Assembly: GCF_006345805.1 (NCBI RefSeq)
Contig: NC_042998.1
Span: 81,034,001 to 81,098,000 of the forward strand
Origin: Octopus sinensis
Lineage: Eukaryota
Reading direction: 5' to 3'
Length of the DNA: 64,000 nucleotides
Both the position numbers and the translations under genes were made by a program. Each line of letters opens with the position of its first letter. Position 1 is the stretch's first letter. The notes beneath the pieces are model-generated. The model searched no databases, was not told the DNA's origin, and was given only the letters and a program-made list of their open reading frames with translations. This document shows, piece by piece, positions 26,752 through 40,954 of the stretch.

Positions 26752-27300
26752 ATATATATATATAAACACATACACTCACATACAACATAAAACAGACACA
26801 CACACGCACACACATATACATAAACACATACACACACATATTAACTCAGAGGTAGCAGATAACGACCGCTAGATAAAAACATGAAATGAACGATATTACT
26901 TATTAATAGACATACATTTTACCTTTCAATGTGTAAATTAAGGAAAGTCGTGACACCATTTGTTTTGCCTATTTTCTTTTTAGAACTGCATGAAATTACA
27001 CTTTTATGAAAATGTCACACTGTTTAGTGCAATATTTTCTAATATATGTGTAATTGAACAGTATATATCTTATTTTGTTTTCAGCTACTTAGTTATGATA
27101 TTGTTTTCTACAATTACATTTTATTAGCTGTTTGCTGAAAACGGTATATATGTCGTTTTTCTGTTATGTATGTATATCTAGTGCAAACTAAATTCAAATG
27201 CACTCGTATAAATGTATATATTAAATTTAAATGATATTTATCCTTCATTCGAAGAATCCCTTTTTGTTGATACTACTATTTACGAAACAGTACATGCAAT

Positions 27301-27372
<72 letters not shown>

Positions 27373-28116
27373 GGGGGAAGAGTGAGAGAGAGAGAGAGGG
27401 GGGAAGAGTGAGAGAGAGAGAGAGTGGGGAGAGTGAGAGAGAGAGCTTTTGAAGTGATGTACAGATATTGTATATTCAGAATAATAAGGTAGTCAGAATG
27501 TTCCATGATATATATATATATTTTTACTTATAGTTTATTTGCATTTTTAGCGCTTTCTTCCGTTATAGGATTTATCAATATGTGGTTTAAAGTTAGATTT
27601 CTTGGTCTTTTATATGTATATATATAATTGCTGTGTGAGTGTATAGTGAACTAAAAATCACTCTTTTGTAAACATCTAGAATTTCAATCAAAAAAATTTG
27701 ACGACATCCATACAACTATTCTTTAATGAATACAAAAGAACAAGACCTTGAAACGTAATTATAATTTTTACTGAAGAAAGTCAAAAACAACATTTGGTAA
27801 ATTCAAATACAAAGATTCTATTTCCTTCCCCACCTTAAAAGGCCACAAAGTATTAAACAAACAAGTCTGACCATACCAATGCTCAATCCACACCTTTTTA
27901 CCTCCCCTTCCTTCTCAAAAAATGTTTGCTTCTTTCTCTCCCTTGCTTGGCAAACCGCACAATTTTTTTAATACATAAAAAGGCCAAGAAACCTAACTTT
28001 AAAATACTTTTTGATAAATCCGATAACGGAAGAAAGCTAAGAAAAGTTAAATAAAATGGAAATAAAAAATATGTATTATCATCCAACATTCTCACTTCCT
28101 TATTATATATATATAT

Positions 28117-28194
28117 ATAATGTTTACATTACTGTGATGATTATATATATATCTTAAGATATATACATAATCATCACAGTAATGTAAACATTAT
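28117..28194. repeat. 78-bp near-perfect palindrome
   Basis: 39-bp arms, 38/39 complementary, centred on cttaag. Confidence 0.95.
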
Positions 28195-28222
28195 CGGTCA
28201 CGCATACACAGTATATGTACAG

Positions 28223-28253
<31 letters not shown>

Positions 28254-28394
28254 CTCTCTCTCTCTCTATCACACACACACACGTTAAAAACCACACAGAT
28301 ACACAAATACAAAATCGCAGATACACATATATGAAATACCAATAACCAATTAAGCTAAAATTTAAGATATATTTTTAAATGTTTCGTAATACTG

Positions 28395-28575
28395 GTTTAC
28401 AAATTTGACACGAAGCCAGTAATTTCTGGTGAGGTGGGTGCAATAAACTCAGTGTTCAATTGTGTTCCGACCCGGCAAAGTCCACCTCTGAGGAATTTGA
28501 ACTCAGAACGTAAAGACGGACGAAAAGTCGTTAAGCATTTTGTCGCATGCTAACGATTCTGCCATCTCGCCATCT
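28395..28575 (-). mobile_element. Degraded Nin-like SINE monomer
   Basis: ggaatttgaactcagaacgtaaagacgg...gctaacgattctgcca on the plus strand. Confidence 0.75.
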
Positions 28576-28607
28576 TAAAATGGTTCATAATACTGAAATG
28601 ATTAAAT

Positions 28608-28992
28608 AGCGGCGAGCTGGCAGAAACATTAGTACGCTGGCCGAAATGCTTAGCGCTATTTCGCCTGCCGCTACGTTCTGAGTTCAAATTCCGCCGAGGT
28701 CGACTTCGCCTTTCATCCTTTCGGGGTCGATTAAATAAGTATCAGTTACGCACTGGAGTCGATATAATCGACGTAATTCGTTTTTCTGTCCTTGTTTGTC
28801 CTCTCTGTGTTTAGCCCCTTGTGGGTAGTAAAGAAATATATATTTGGTCTGTCTTTACGTTCTGATTTCAAATTCCGCTGAGGTCGACTTTGCCATTCAT
28901 TCTTTCGGGGTCGATAAATTGCGAACTGGGTTTAATCTAATCGACTGTCCCCCACACCCAAATTTCGGGCCTTGTGCTTAATGTAGAAAAAA
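28608..28992 (+). mobile_element. Full dimeric Nin-like SINE
   Basis: tRNA-like head, two Nin-like modules, tail ggccttgtgc...tagaaaa. Confidence 0.88.
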
Positions 28993-30472
28993 AATCATTA
29001 TATGATAGCCTATCTCGCTCTTTTACCTGAGTCCAAGTATATACTTCTACAAATATTTACAATGGAAAAAAGCCATATAGATAACTCAGTGGAATTCCAG
29101 AAAATATTTGCTGATGTTATCTATTGTTCATTTAATGATTCATGGAGTGCCATCTAGGAAATATGTGTAACAAATTATATCTTTATTCCTTTGTTTCAGT
29201 TATGAAACAATAACTATATATTTTGAAATTACTGTTTCTACATTTCGGAACGTAACTCAATTTGTGAAATATGAATCAATAATTCTAATATAATAAAGAA
29301 TAATATGTTCGCATTTATCTAAATTAAATTTGATAACATAAATTCCAGATGATCATGATAGATTGTTTCATTATATGTTTGTCATCTAAGAGTAAAATCA
29401 TTAAAAATAAAGACTATGAGCAATGTTATACGCAACAATATTCTTCAAGCAATGAATAGAAGAGAAAAAAACGTTATTTTCGTTCAGAAAGCAGTATTAA
29501 TATTCCTAAAACAATTAATGCTGTTCCGATTAGCTGCAGTAGACAATTAACCTAGGTAATACAGCGTAATCACGCCGAAGAGACATGCATGAAAGATGTA
29601 TAGAGTTTTGAGAAGTAAAAACCACACACCACAAGAATAAAAAACGTAAATGTCAAAATTTCCTGACTCCAAATGTTGTCCTGACTGACATTTATAATTG
29701 ATTTAAGATCTTTAACACTATGTGTTTACAGCTTTAGGGAGTAAAAATCAATTTATAGATGACACGTACGAGTACTCGTATTTTAAACAAAACTACAACA
29801 TTGGGAATATCGACTGGGTATAACATATTTGTAATAACGTATTTATGACTGGGATCCATAATTTAACTGCCCTTTCCCCACCTTACTTTAATGATATTCG
29901 TGTCTATACAGGTAATTTCAAACTATTTAGGACATCATTTGATATGGAAGTAGATACTGCAGAAGAACACTTTCAAATTGAACATATTAAAATAGAATAT
30001 AACTAGTTAAAATCTAAATTTAATGAATATATATGTACATACATAATGTTTAGCCTAATCAGTAGATAGATAACTAATTGTTGTGACGTAGACTCTCTGT
30101 TTCTAATTATTATAACGTAGAGTTCCTAAGTTAATCTTTTTTTTTTTATTTCGTTACCTACTGCCATCATCAAAAGTTAAATAACTAGCTTTCCATTCTT
30201 TCTTGTCGCTCTTTTTATAATCGTTTGTCTACTAGAAATATTTTCTTAGTTCCCGTTGAATTAACCTATTTTGGATTGCTAAAGTTGTGTTAATATATAT
30301 TTGCGGATATATTAATTTGACTAAAATTTTCAGGATCTAGATATGCCGACGCAACAAAAACGATCGTCGGTATTGTATGGTGTAATTACGAATTAAAGAT
30401 GTGATTTTCTCCATTCTTATTTTTGTTAAGTATATATACAGTATATGGCAGTCGCCATATTTCATTCTATTA

Positions 30473-30564
30473 GGCTACCTCTGAAGAGAGCAGGTTTACA
30501 TAATCAAACTGTTACCTAACACACCGTTGAACCCCTAGTGCGAAACCAAGTGGTAAGATCGGCC
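30473..30564 (+). ncRNA. Type I hammerhead-like motif
   Basis: ggctacct-CTGAAGA-g...c-GAAA-cc aagt gg-TA-agatcggcc; core intact, stems I and II imperfect. Confidence 0.55.
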
Positions 30565-30613
30565 GTAATGGATGTAAAATACTGTACACTTCGATTGATA
30601 TACATTATGTATG

Positions 30614-30645
<32 letters not shown>

Positions 30646-30699
30646 ATATATATATGTACATATCTATTTCTGTATATATTTATCTATCTTATGTTTTTA

Positions 30700-30900
30700 T
30701 TCTTTTACTTGTTTCAGTTATTTGATTGCAGCCATGCTGGAGCACCGCCTTTAGCTGAAGAAATCGATTCCAGGACTTATACTTTGGAAGCCTAGAACTT
30801 ATTTTATTGGTCTCTTTTCCCGAACCGTTAAGTTTCGTGGACGTAAACACGCCGATATTGGTTGTCATTGGTTGTCAAGCGATGGCGGCGGGACAGACAT

Positions 30901-30999
<99 letters not shown>

Positions 31000-31007
31000 T
31001 ATATATA

Positions 31008-31047
<40 letters not shown>

Positions 31048-31341
31048 TATATATATTTGAAATTTATAGGAAAACAAAAGACGAAGACAGGTATATAAAC
31101 AACAAGCAGGTGTATTAGTTTGACACTCGGGAAGGTGGCGCTTTTTATCAGAAAGGAATACGGGGAAATAAACAGAGAGCGGCAGACAGACTTCTTTCAG
31201 TTTCCGTCTACCAAATGCACTCGCAAGGTTTTGATTGGCCCGAGGCTATAGTAGAACACACTTGTGCAAGGTGCTAGGCAATAGGTCTCAACTCGGAACC
31301 GTGTGGTTGGGAAGCAAGTTTCTTACCACACAGCCAAGCCT
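30700..31341 (-). mobile_element. CORE-like SINE with expanded internal microsatellite and a ~130-bp secondary insertion (~31062-31190)
   Basis: Both SINE halves are present, separated by (CA)n(TA)n plus unrelated sequence. Confidence 0.8.
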
Positions 31342-31376
31342 ACGCCAATCTATCTATCAATCCGTCTGTCTGTCTG

Positions 31377-32099
<723 letters not shown>

Positions 32100-32212
32100 T
32101 ATATTCATGTAAGGGATTCTACACAGTTCCCCGGTGGTATAGTAGACGATACTTGTTCAAGCCGCCCCCCCATTACAAATCATATATATATATATATTTA
32201 TATAAAAGTTAA

Positions 32213-32557
32213 TAGGAGCAGGTGTAACTGTGTAGTAAGGAGCTTGCTTCCCAACCACATGGTTCCATGTTCAGTCCCACTGCGTGGCACCTTATGATTT
32301 GGTTGACGGAAACTGGAAAAAACATGTCATATATATGTCTTTATTTATTTATGTATGTGTGTGTTCTCGCGCCCCCACCATCGCTTGACAACCGATTTTG
32401 GTGCGTTTACCTCCCCGTAAAGTAGTGGTTTGGCAAAGAGACCGATAGAATAAGTAATAGGTTTGCAAAGAATAAGTCCTGGAGGAGATTTCTGTGACTA
32501 AATGCGGTGTTCCAGCATGGCCGTAGTCAAATGATTGAAACAAATAAGAAAATAAAG
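32213..32557 (+). mobile_element. CORE-like SINE, internally deleted
   Basis: Homologous to 49751-50225. Confidence 0.8.
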
Positions 32558-32768
32558 GAACAGCTGAATAAATGAATGATGCCTACCATTGCAAGCATAG
32601 TTTCTGCGGTATGGACTAGATAAAAAAGGCTGTCGACACCTACACAACATGTTTATTCTTCTTGATAAAGCAATGAATAAGCAATGCTAGCCTAACCTGT
32701 AATACTTAAAACTGAAAACGTGATGATGAAAATAAAAACGAAACGATATTTAATATAATAAAGCTAAC

Positions 32769-32884
32769 CTCCGATAAAGTATATCGTATCGTCAACAGAT
32801 GCCATAACCATTCTGTCCAGACATTTCGGCAGAGTTTGAGGGCAATGATTATCCAGTTCTTGCCATTGGCTACATTCATAAATC
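32769..32884 (-). CDS. Kelch-repeat protein, internal exon B (116 nt, phase 2 to 1)
   Basis: (W)IYECSQWQELDNHCPQTLPKCLDRMVMASVDDTIYFIG(G). Acceptor ttttcgttatag|G, donor GAG|gttagc. Phases match exon A (TG+G=Trp) and exon C (G+GA=Gly, completing IYFIGG). Confidence 0.88.
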
Positions 32885-32920
32885 CTATAACGAAAATAAA
32901 TCAACGTGTTAATGTAGATG

Positions 32921-32988
<68 letters not shown>

Positions 32989-32998
32989 ATTGGATAAT

Positions 32999-33041
<43 letters not shown>

Positions 33042-33066
33042 ATGTTCAGGGAAGGAAAGAAATATA

Positions 33067-33101
33067 ATTTAACGTTTCGAGCAACGGTCTTCTTCAGAAA
33101 T
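33067..33101 (-). ncRNA. Minimal type I hammerhead motif (Penelope-type)
   Basis: Minus strand attt-CTGAAGA-a-gacc gtt gctc-GAAA-cg-TT-aaat. Confidence 0.65.
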
Positions 33102-33299
33102 AGAGCAAAGTACAATAGAAAGGAAGACGGAGGAAGAAAATCGTCAACGTTTCACATGTGGTTACAGTTTGGAATGTATTTATAGAACAACTAAATTAGC
33201 AAACAACACCAGGCCTTGCCACTCATCTCATCCTCCAAAAATATAGATAGCACTCCTTTATCTAAAAACATAGATAGCACCACTCCCAGACACCCCCTA

Positions 33300-34030
33300 A
33301 AAAGCGGCGGACACTCTATTCTGTGGTACACCCCCCATTCTCAATTAAGATTAAGAACTTAGCTAAATCCTTCTTTAAAATACTAGACTCTAACTTCCCT
33401 CTGCAACATAAATTTCATTCTATCTTTAATAGATCCTCTACAACTATCTTATTCTGCCCCACCCAATTTCAAATCTGTTGTAGCAGCCTCTAATAAGCAA
33501 AAACTTTCTCTTTACTATCAAAACTCACATAATTACAACTCTAGTCATACGATCGCTCAACATACACACAGCTCCAGTACAGATACCCTTACATTAGACC
33601 ACAACTACAGCCCAACCTATCCTACTTGGCACTGCCCGGAACACCACCACAATCTCTACCACTCTTACAAATAGAACAATTAATAGCAACAATAGTAATA
33701 ATAACAAGGATGGTAATGATAACGTTAATAATACTAATAGCCTAGACTTTTCTACACCCTTTTCTAACCTCTCCTCTGACAATGTTACCTCCTCCATCCC
33801 TGAACACAATCCGCAAAATTTACCTAATTGTAACGGCCGTCCTGGAACCATTGCAGAGGATATAATGTAATTTACAAATGCACTGACCTTAATCTATTAC
33901 ACAACTCTACAGCCATATATATAGGATCAACCAAGAATTTTAAGCAACGATATACCGCTCACCTCTATTCTTTTAGATACGATAAACATAGTAAATCTAC
34001 AACACTCGCCAAAAATACAATGGACGTGAA
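33300..34030 (+). mobile_element. Penelope-like (Neptune-type) ORF remnant with GIY-YIG motif
   Basis: PPFSIKIKNLAKSFFKILDSNFPLQHKFHSIFNR, NVIYKCT...AIYIGST and FKQRYTAHLYSFR. Confidence 0.8.
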
Positions 34031-34149
34031 TTAAAATGAGAACAGTAATAAACAAATGTAGAACGAATATATAGTTCGTGTGTTTATTTGGCAAAAGAAA
34101 AAAATGATCATCTCGAAAGCAAAAACTAAGACTTAGGTGTAAACAGTTC

Positions 34150-35090
34150 GAGATTTGATCTCCGGAGACGATTGTGCATTTGTAGCACACTTGCTTGAGG
34201 ACATGGAACGAATTCTCAACTACTTTTCGCCTGCATCGAAGGCCTTTGGTCTGACCATCAGCATCAAGAAAACTGAGCTTGTCCATCAGCCTATTCGTGA
34301 CCATCTTCCCGCTGTTGCTCCTACTGTATATGTTTATAGGAAAACATTAAAAACTGTTTCCTCCTTCATTTATCTTGATTCCATTGTGTCAAATGATACG
34401 AAGATTGACAAAGAAATCGAATCTAGAATCAGAAAGTCTAGCTTTGCTTCGGTAAGCTTTTTCACAGACTATGGAACAACCATGGCGTATCGCTGAAGTT
34501 AATGTATATAAGTTAGTGGTCATGACAATATTGTTTTATGGTGCTGAATCTTGGACTTTTACCGAAAGGACATCTATCAGCTTGACGCTATTCATATGTG
34601 ATGCTTGCATACTATCTCCAACATAAAACCGAGAGACCATGTTCATAACAGTGAGGTACTTACAAAATGCAACAAATCAGGTTTTGTAGCCATCCTCATC
34701 AAAATTCAGCTTAGAAGGTCAGGTCATTTCTCAAGTTTGAGTGATATCAGAATTCCGAAGCAATTTCCCTTTGGCTAATTTCCAATAGGAAGTTCAGTTG
34801 GAAGGTCAAGCTTGCGCTTCAAATACAAACTAAAAGACAATCTGAAACGATGCAACATTCCCTTTTCTTCTTGGCAAAATAAAGTATCAGAAAGCAGGAC
34901 CTGGCACCAGATCTGCTCCCCGTCTGTTAAAAATTTTGAGCGTAATCGACGCCAACACCAGAACCATCTTCGTGCAAGCATGAAAGCACGCTGGAAAAAC
35001 ACTGCTCCTCGAGATGGAAACCTTACCTGTCATTGTGGTTTGGTGGCACGAAGCAAAGCAGGCCTAGCCGTCCACTGAAGGAAATACATA
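34150..35090 (+). mobile_element. RTE-clade LINE 3' remnant
   Basis: GDDCAFVAH...FGLTISIKKTE...DKEIESRI, ILFYGAESWT, RFKYKLKDNLK and a C-terminal C.C...H motif. Confidence 0.85.
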
Positions 35091-35484
35091 GTAAATAATC
35101 CACAAGCACTTAAGCAAACCGAATCTTCAACTACTTCCTCGCTGTCTGGTGGCTCTTGAAGGGACTTTAGCGAGTTTGGTATGCATGGTGAGGGTGTGTG
35201 TGCATGTGGGTATCTGATGCCTGTACGTGTATATCTACTGTGTGGGTAGTGTGTGGGAGCGCGTGCGTGTACGCTGGCGTTTGGGTGTCGATTGCGTATC
35301 AGCTATGCGTGAGGTCTTGCGTTCGTGTACATGTGGGTACATGTGTCAGCTGCATATATCTCACGTTTTACAATTCATAATTTTAATTACTAAGTTTAGC
35401 TTACAAAATTTTCTTTCATACTTTACTTCTCTGAATGGTTGTCCTGTATGTAACAAACTCCATTATAATATTTTTATTGACCAA

Positions 35485-35869
35485 GACGGCGAGCTGGCAG
35501 AATCGTTAGCACGCCGGGCGAAATGCGTAGCCGTATTTCGTTTGCCGTTACGTTCTGAGTTCAAATTCCACCGAGGTCGACTTTGCCTTTCATCCTTTTG
35601 GGGTCGATAAATTAAGTACCAGTTACGCACTGGGGTCGATGTAATCGACTTAATCCGTTTGTCTGTCCTTTGTACTCTCTGTGTTTAGCCCCTTGTGGGT
35701 AGTAAAGAAATAGGTATTTGGTCTGTCTTTACGTTGTGAGTTCAAATTCCGCTGAGGTCGACTTTGCCTTTCATCCTTTAGTGGTCGATAAATTAAGTAC
35801 CAGTTGCGTACTTAATCGACTGGTTTCCCCCCCACAAATTTTGGGCCTTGTGCCTAGAGTAGAAAAGAA
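35485..35869 (+). mobile_element. Full dimeric Nin-like SINE with ~17-bp target-site duplication
   Basis: Flanks aatatttttattgacca (35467) and aatatttctattgatca (35868). Confidence 0.9.
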
Positions 35870-36667
35870 TATTTCTATTGATCATTTCTTCAACGTCTAT
35901 TTTCTTTACACGACTAACTACTTTTAATAACATACTATCATTTCTTGTATCTTTAAGCCATCTACTAAAGAATCATTGGTTAATGTTTGATTCACTGCTA
36001 CAGTTTTAAGCATAAAGGCAGCGGGGTTAGGGCACTTCTTAACTTCCCATCTTCGTATAACTTTTAATGACATATATCTCTTAACCTTCACCACTTAAAC
36101 TGAACGCTAATTTATTCCCACTGATTATTCTATATCATCATACACACTTAGATATGGAGATAGCTACAGTTAAAGCACCTTTTTATATTTCCTGTCTTAG
36201 GTACTTACTTCCTAACACCCACCTGACAATTGAGATACATCCATTAAAACGTAGAAATTTATAGCTTGTGTTAACATTCATCGAATTTGTTGTTAATATA
36301 CCATGTATAATTTTTTAAAAGCTTTACTTATACTGAAATAACCTTGGTACATTATTCTCCAAATTGTAACGCTTCCTCTACAAAATAATATTCTTTCAGT
36401 ATATTTACACCAAGGCTCAGAATTGCAATCATCTCTAACACTGACTTCCCATTCTTCACACCGAAATTTCTTTTAGATTCCATTAGTTCATATGTTACTA
36501 TTATGACTAAATAATTTCATTCTAATTTATTTGTAGCCATATTCATGCTTTACACATGCCATGTTTCCTTAATAATGCTTTCTTTATTATGGTTTTTTAA
36601 GTAAGAACATGACGTAATGTACAAATTTATATATTTTTTAAGTTTCGTAAACTCCACAATTAATTTC

Positions 36668-37235
36668 TACGAGGGTGAGTTAAAAAGTAATGCCATTTTA
36701 TTTAGGACAGGTATAATTACCAACACAGGAACATGTATCATACGTCAAAATGAAGCTGGTCCTCTGTGGATCACATCATCTCTTCTCAACATAGTCACCG
36801 CTTCTCTCAATAGCAATGTTTCACCTTCGAATGAGAGCATGTATCCCTGCCCCGTAAAATTCTGCTGACTGTTCTTTGAGCCACTTCTTCACTACAGTTT
36901 TCACTTCCTCGTCACTAGAATAATGTTTGCCTCTCAAACCCTCTTTCATGGGGCCGAAGAGATGATAATCCAGTGACGATGATAGTCCAGTGACGAGGAA
37001 GTGAAAACTGTAGTGAAGAAGTGTCTCAAAGAACAGTCAACAGAATTTTACGGGGCAGGGATACATGCTCTTATTTAAAAGTGGAACATTGCTATTGAGA
37101 GAAACGGTGACAATGTTGAGAAGTAGGGATGTGATTCAGAGGACAAGCTTCATTTTGATCTATGATACATGTTCCTGTGTTGGTAATTATACCTGTTCTA
37201 AACAAAATGGCATTACTTTTTGACTAAACCTCGTA
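36668..37235. mobile_element. Mariner-derived fold-back element (two inverted right ends)
   Basis: TA-flanked, ~250-bp inverted arms; encodes YHLFGPMKEGLRGKHYSSDEEVKTVVKKWLKEQ (mariner C-terminus). Confidence 0.9.
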
Positions 37236-38284
37236 CGTCTTAATCTTAGTTAATCTTGGTTATAATTAACGAATAAAGGTGAAAGAGATTAAGAGGCTGT
37301 CATGGATGGAAGGTAGGCCTCTTTTACAGACGTTCCAATATGTTTAGTGTGTTATTATGAATGTTTGTAGGGATTTACTTGTATTTTGGCAGAACTTCAG
37401 AAAAAAATTCCGTGTTATTCCCCCCGACTTTTGGTTCTGAGTTTAACTCCTTCGTGGCTTAATCTTAACTTCTATTCCTTTTGGAGTCGATAAATTATAA
37501 TACCAGTCAGGTGCTGGGATTGGTGGTATCGACTAACTCTTAAAATTGCTGGCCTTGCACATTAAAGTAGCAACAGTTGTTATAAACGTTAGAGAAACTT
37601 ACTTATAAATGATGTAGTTGGAAAATATACTTTAGAACTTATAATAAGCTATATAGCTAGTCTGAAAACTGATTGTTTAATCTTAGTGAGACACATTTTA
37701 AAATCTTGTTTGCTTTCACTCTGACTTCTCACACAATATGGCTGATCGCAAGATTTGATCAGGAATTTTCGTATTGTTTATCTTGGCACAGGGTGTTACT
37801 GTAATCGTGTCAAAATTTTCATATCATATTAGTTTCAAATTTTGGTACAAGGTCAGCACTTTCTGGGTACTTATTTTATCGCCTCCGCCCGAAAGAATGA
37901 AAGGCAACTCAGAACGTAAAGAGGGATGAAATGCCGCTCATCATTTCGTCCGGTGTGTTAAGGATTCTCTCAGCTCACCGCCTTAATTATTATTATTATA
38001 TTAAAGGAAATGAAATCCATTTAATTGACGGCGATTTTGAACAATTAAACTAAATACAATTTATAACGATGATGGCATTTGAATTCGGAATGTAGTGGGT
38101 AAAACTAAATATTGCAAGGGCTCAAAACGATTTTCCCACTAAGGTCTTAGGGGAAAATATACAATCAGCACCTTTGTATCGTAATGAATATAGATCGAAG
38201 TAGGAACAGTGATTGAGGTGGATTCCATTTCCTCAAGATTTCGTTGTTATCTTTACACATACATACATACATACATACATACAT

Positions 38285-38320
<36 letters not shown>

Positions 38321-38346
38321 TTATATATATATATATAATATATATA

Positions 38347-38395
<49 letters not shown>

Positions 38396-38508
38396 TATTT
38401 CGGAATGGTCATTTTGCCAGTTTAGCCAATAAAAACACACGCACTATATATTTGGTGTTATTTTGCTTCAGTGTTATTTATTTTTTACATTAATCTTAAT
38501 CTTATTTC

Positions 38509-38553
38509 GGCCAGAGTTCTTTCGTCACACTCCTGTGACCGCATCAGTGGTCC
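38509..38553 (-). ncRNA. Variant hammerhead-like motif
   Basis: Minus strand ggacca-CTGATGCG-gtcaca ggag tgtgac-GAAA-gaac-TC-tggcc; perfect 6-bp stem II, non-canonical core position 9. Confidence 0.55.
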
Positions 38554-38619
38554 TTTGTTTTCTTCTTTCTTATTTGTGTCTCTCCTTACTAACCGGTTTG
38601 CCTCACCTATAACCAGCGT

Positions 38620-38912
38620 GGCAGTTACGATGGAATACATCGACATTAGCGAAGAAGATATACTACTAGCTATAGATGAAGTGGACACAAACTCAACTGC
38701 TGGTCCTGACGGTTTCTCAGCAATCCTTCTCAAATCGTGTAAGCATTCCCTGGCAAAACCCTTCCAGATTCTCTTCCAGAGCTTTCTTGCAAATGGCAGG
38801 CTGCCAAGCAAGTTGAAGGAAGGAATTATATGCCCAATCCATTAAGGGGGAAGCAGAGCAGATGCCCAAAACTATAGGCCTATATCTCTGACGTCACACA
38901 TCAGCAAAGTGA
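38620..38912 (+). mobile_element. CR1/Jockey-group LINE RT N-terminal fragment
   Basis: STAGPDGF...LKSC...LAKP...ICPIH*GG...NYRPISLTSHISKV. Confidence 0.85.
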
Positions 38913-40954
38913 CTAGTGATAAAATAGTATTTGTACAGCAAATTCATGCACGAGGAATTTGAAATCTCTCCTCATACGCATGTGCACACATATAAAGTTT
39001 AAAGACTTTGTGGGTTACCTTTAAGAAAACGTGTTCAAACAAGAGCAGACACGCATTCGGTTTCAAAACAGTAGAGTTCTATATTAAATATATCAAAACA
39101 AAACAGAACAATTTTCGCTGCTTATTTTTGTTTCCAAATCCCAACGAGTTACAATTCGTGTTTCACCAGTAATACATATGTCTTTTTAAGCAACACACCT
39201 TTCACTACAAAATATAACTTAGAACCGCTGTAATCAATTCTTATTCATCATAAAAGAAACATCAGACTGTTACACATTGCATTTTAGGCAAATTTGGAAC
39301 TGTTGGCCTATGGAGAATTATTACATTAAAAAACATGTATAAACAGTTTCGTTCGTTTTTATACAACCCGTAAATTGTCCAGTTTCCTAACACACTGATC
39401 GGATTCCGGGTTTCTGAATCATTTCCATACAAAATGCAATACTTTGGAGCACTGTATTGAATTAGTTTGCATATCGTTTACACGTGCAATATCTCTGGAT
39501 ATCGTATCAAGTTTTATATGTTCAAATGTCAGACGAGAAATGATATTAAGAACATTTAATCCATCTCACGTGTTTTGTTTATAAATACCTTTGCATTTGA
39601 TTGAGGAAGAAAACACGACATATATGTTGAATCTATGAATCTAGGTTTTGTATTGATGAAATAGTCGAAGAAAGTTAAAGTGTGAATATTTTATTGAAAC
39701 AATCTTACTTTTAACAGATACATGAATATAATTCTATTCAAACATGGAAAAGTATATAAATTTATAGAAAAACGTAACTTATTCGATATTTTCAAAAGTT
39801 ATTGTGCTACTTTTGTAAGCTTGAAATTTGAATATATAATTAATCGATTTTCTTATTTAATTGTATAATAAACTAGATATCCATCTATATGGTAAAAGGT
39901 TACTACAAGTAACCATATCAATTTTACAAGTATGCTACTTAGAGAAATTGAGGTTTTTCATCTAGGTATATTAATTAGGTGAATTTCATCATTCGTTTTT
40001 AATCTTCTCTACATGTTCAGATGAAGCTCTTTTCATGAAAACTACCTTTTCATGAGTCTGTCGAATATCCAGGTAATAAACTATGTTTTATTTGTTTATA
40101 ACTTAAAAAGCCCGTGACAAATGAAACATCTGGTTTATTTTAAAGCTAATTTCTATATTTCTCGACAAACTAAACTTTGTTGTCAATACACTCGTAATAA
40201 AAATGCAATAATTTTCGCACATGTCCTGGGTATTCCAATTTTCATTTTGTACTCTATTGTATTGAATGGTATTGACATAATCGGTAGAGTATTTGAATGA
40301 AAAGTATTGTGTTCGAGCACAAAGCACAACAGATATATTTTCTTTCCGATTCGCAGATCTTGTATACTTGATATTTTAGGTATCGTTCTGAGTTCGAATC
40401 TCGCTGAGGTCAGAAATTAATGGCCTTGTGCCAAAATATGAAATCAATATTTTAGGTATCTTTGAAAGTAGCAGCATAAGCAGAAGTATTTTATTTAAAA
40501 AAAAAATGTAGTGCGCTTTTATTTGGCCCAGGATAAGATCTAATTTTCCGCAGTTGGGAATACATACTGATCAGGTTCTATGGTGTCTGAAACTCTCCCA
40601 TACAAAATTTTGATAGTTTTTTTCGGTCTAACATTAAATGATTGTGTTTCTCATTTGCACATATAATAGTTCTGGACGCTGTGACACAGTTCACGTGTTC
40701 AAATTCCACACATAATTTCATTTAAAAGACTGAAGATCATTTGAAGCATCTGGCAAATTTTATGGATAAATTCCTTGCGTTTTCATTCATATAGAAAAAA
40801 GGACATTTTTTGGACTTAGAATGTCTAGGCTGTGTATTGGTGAACTCAGATTCTCTATATAATACTTTAAAGTTTATTTTCGTAAATCTACATTTGATTT
40901 CCAATCCCACTTATTATTCTTTTGTAAATGTAATGAATCATTAAGAATGATTAA

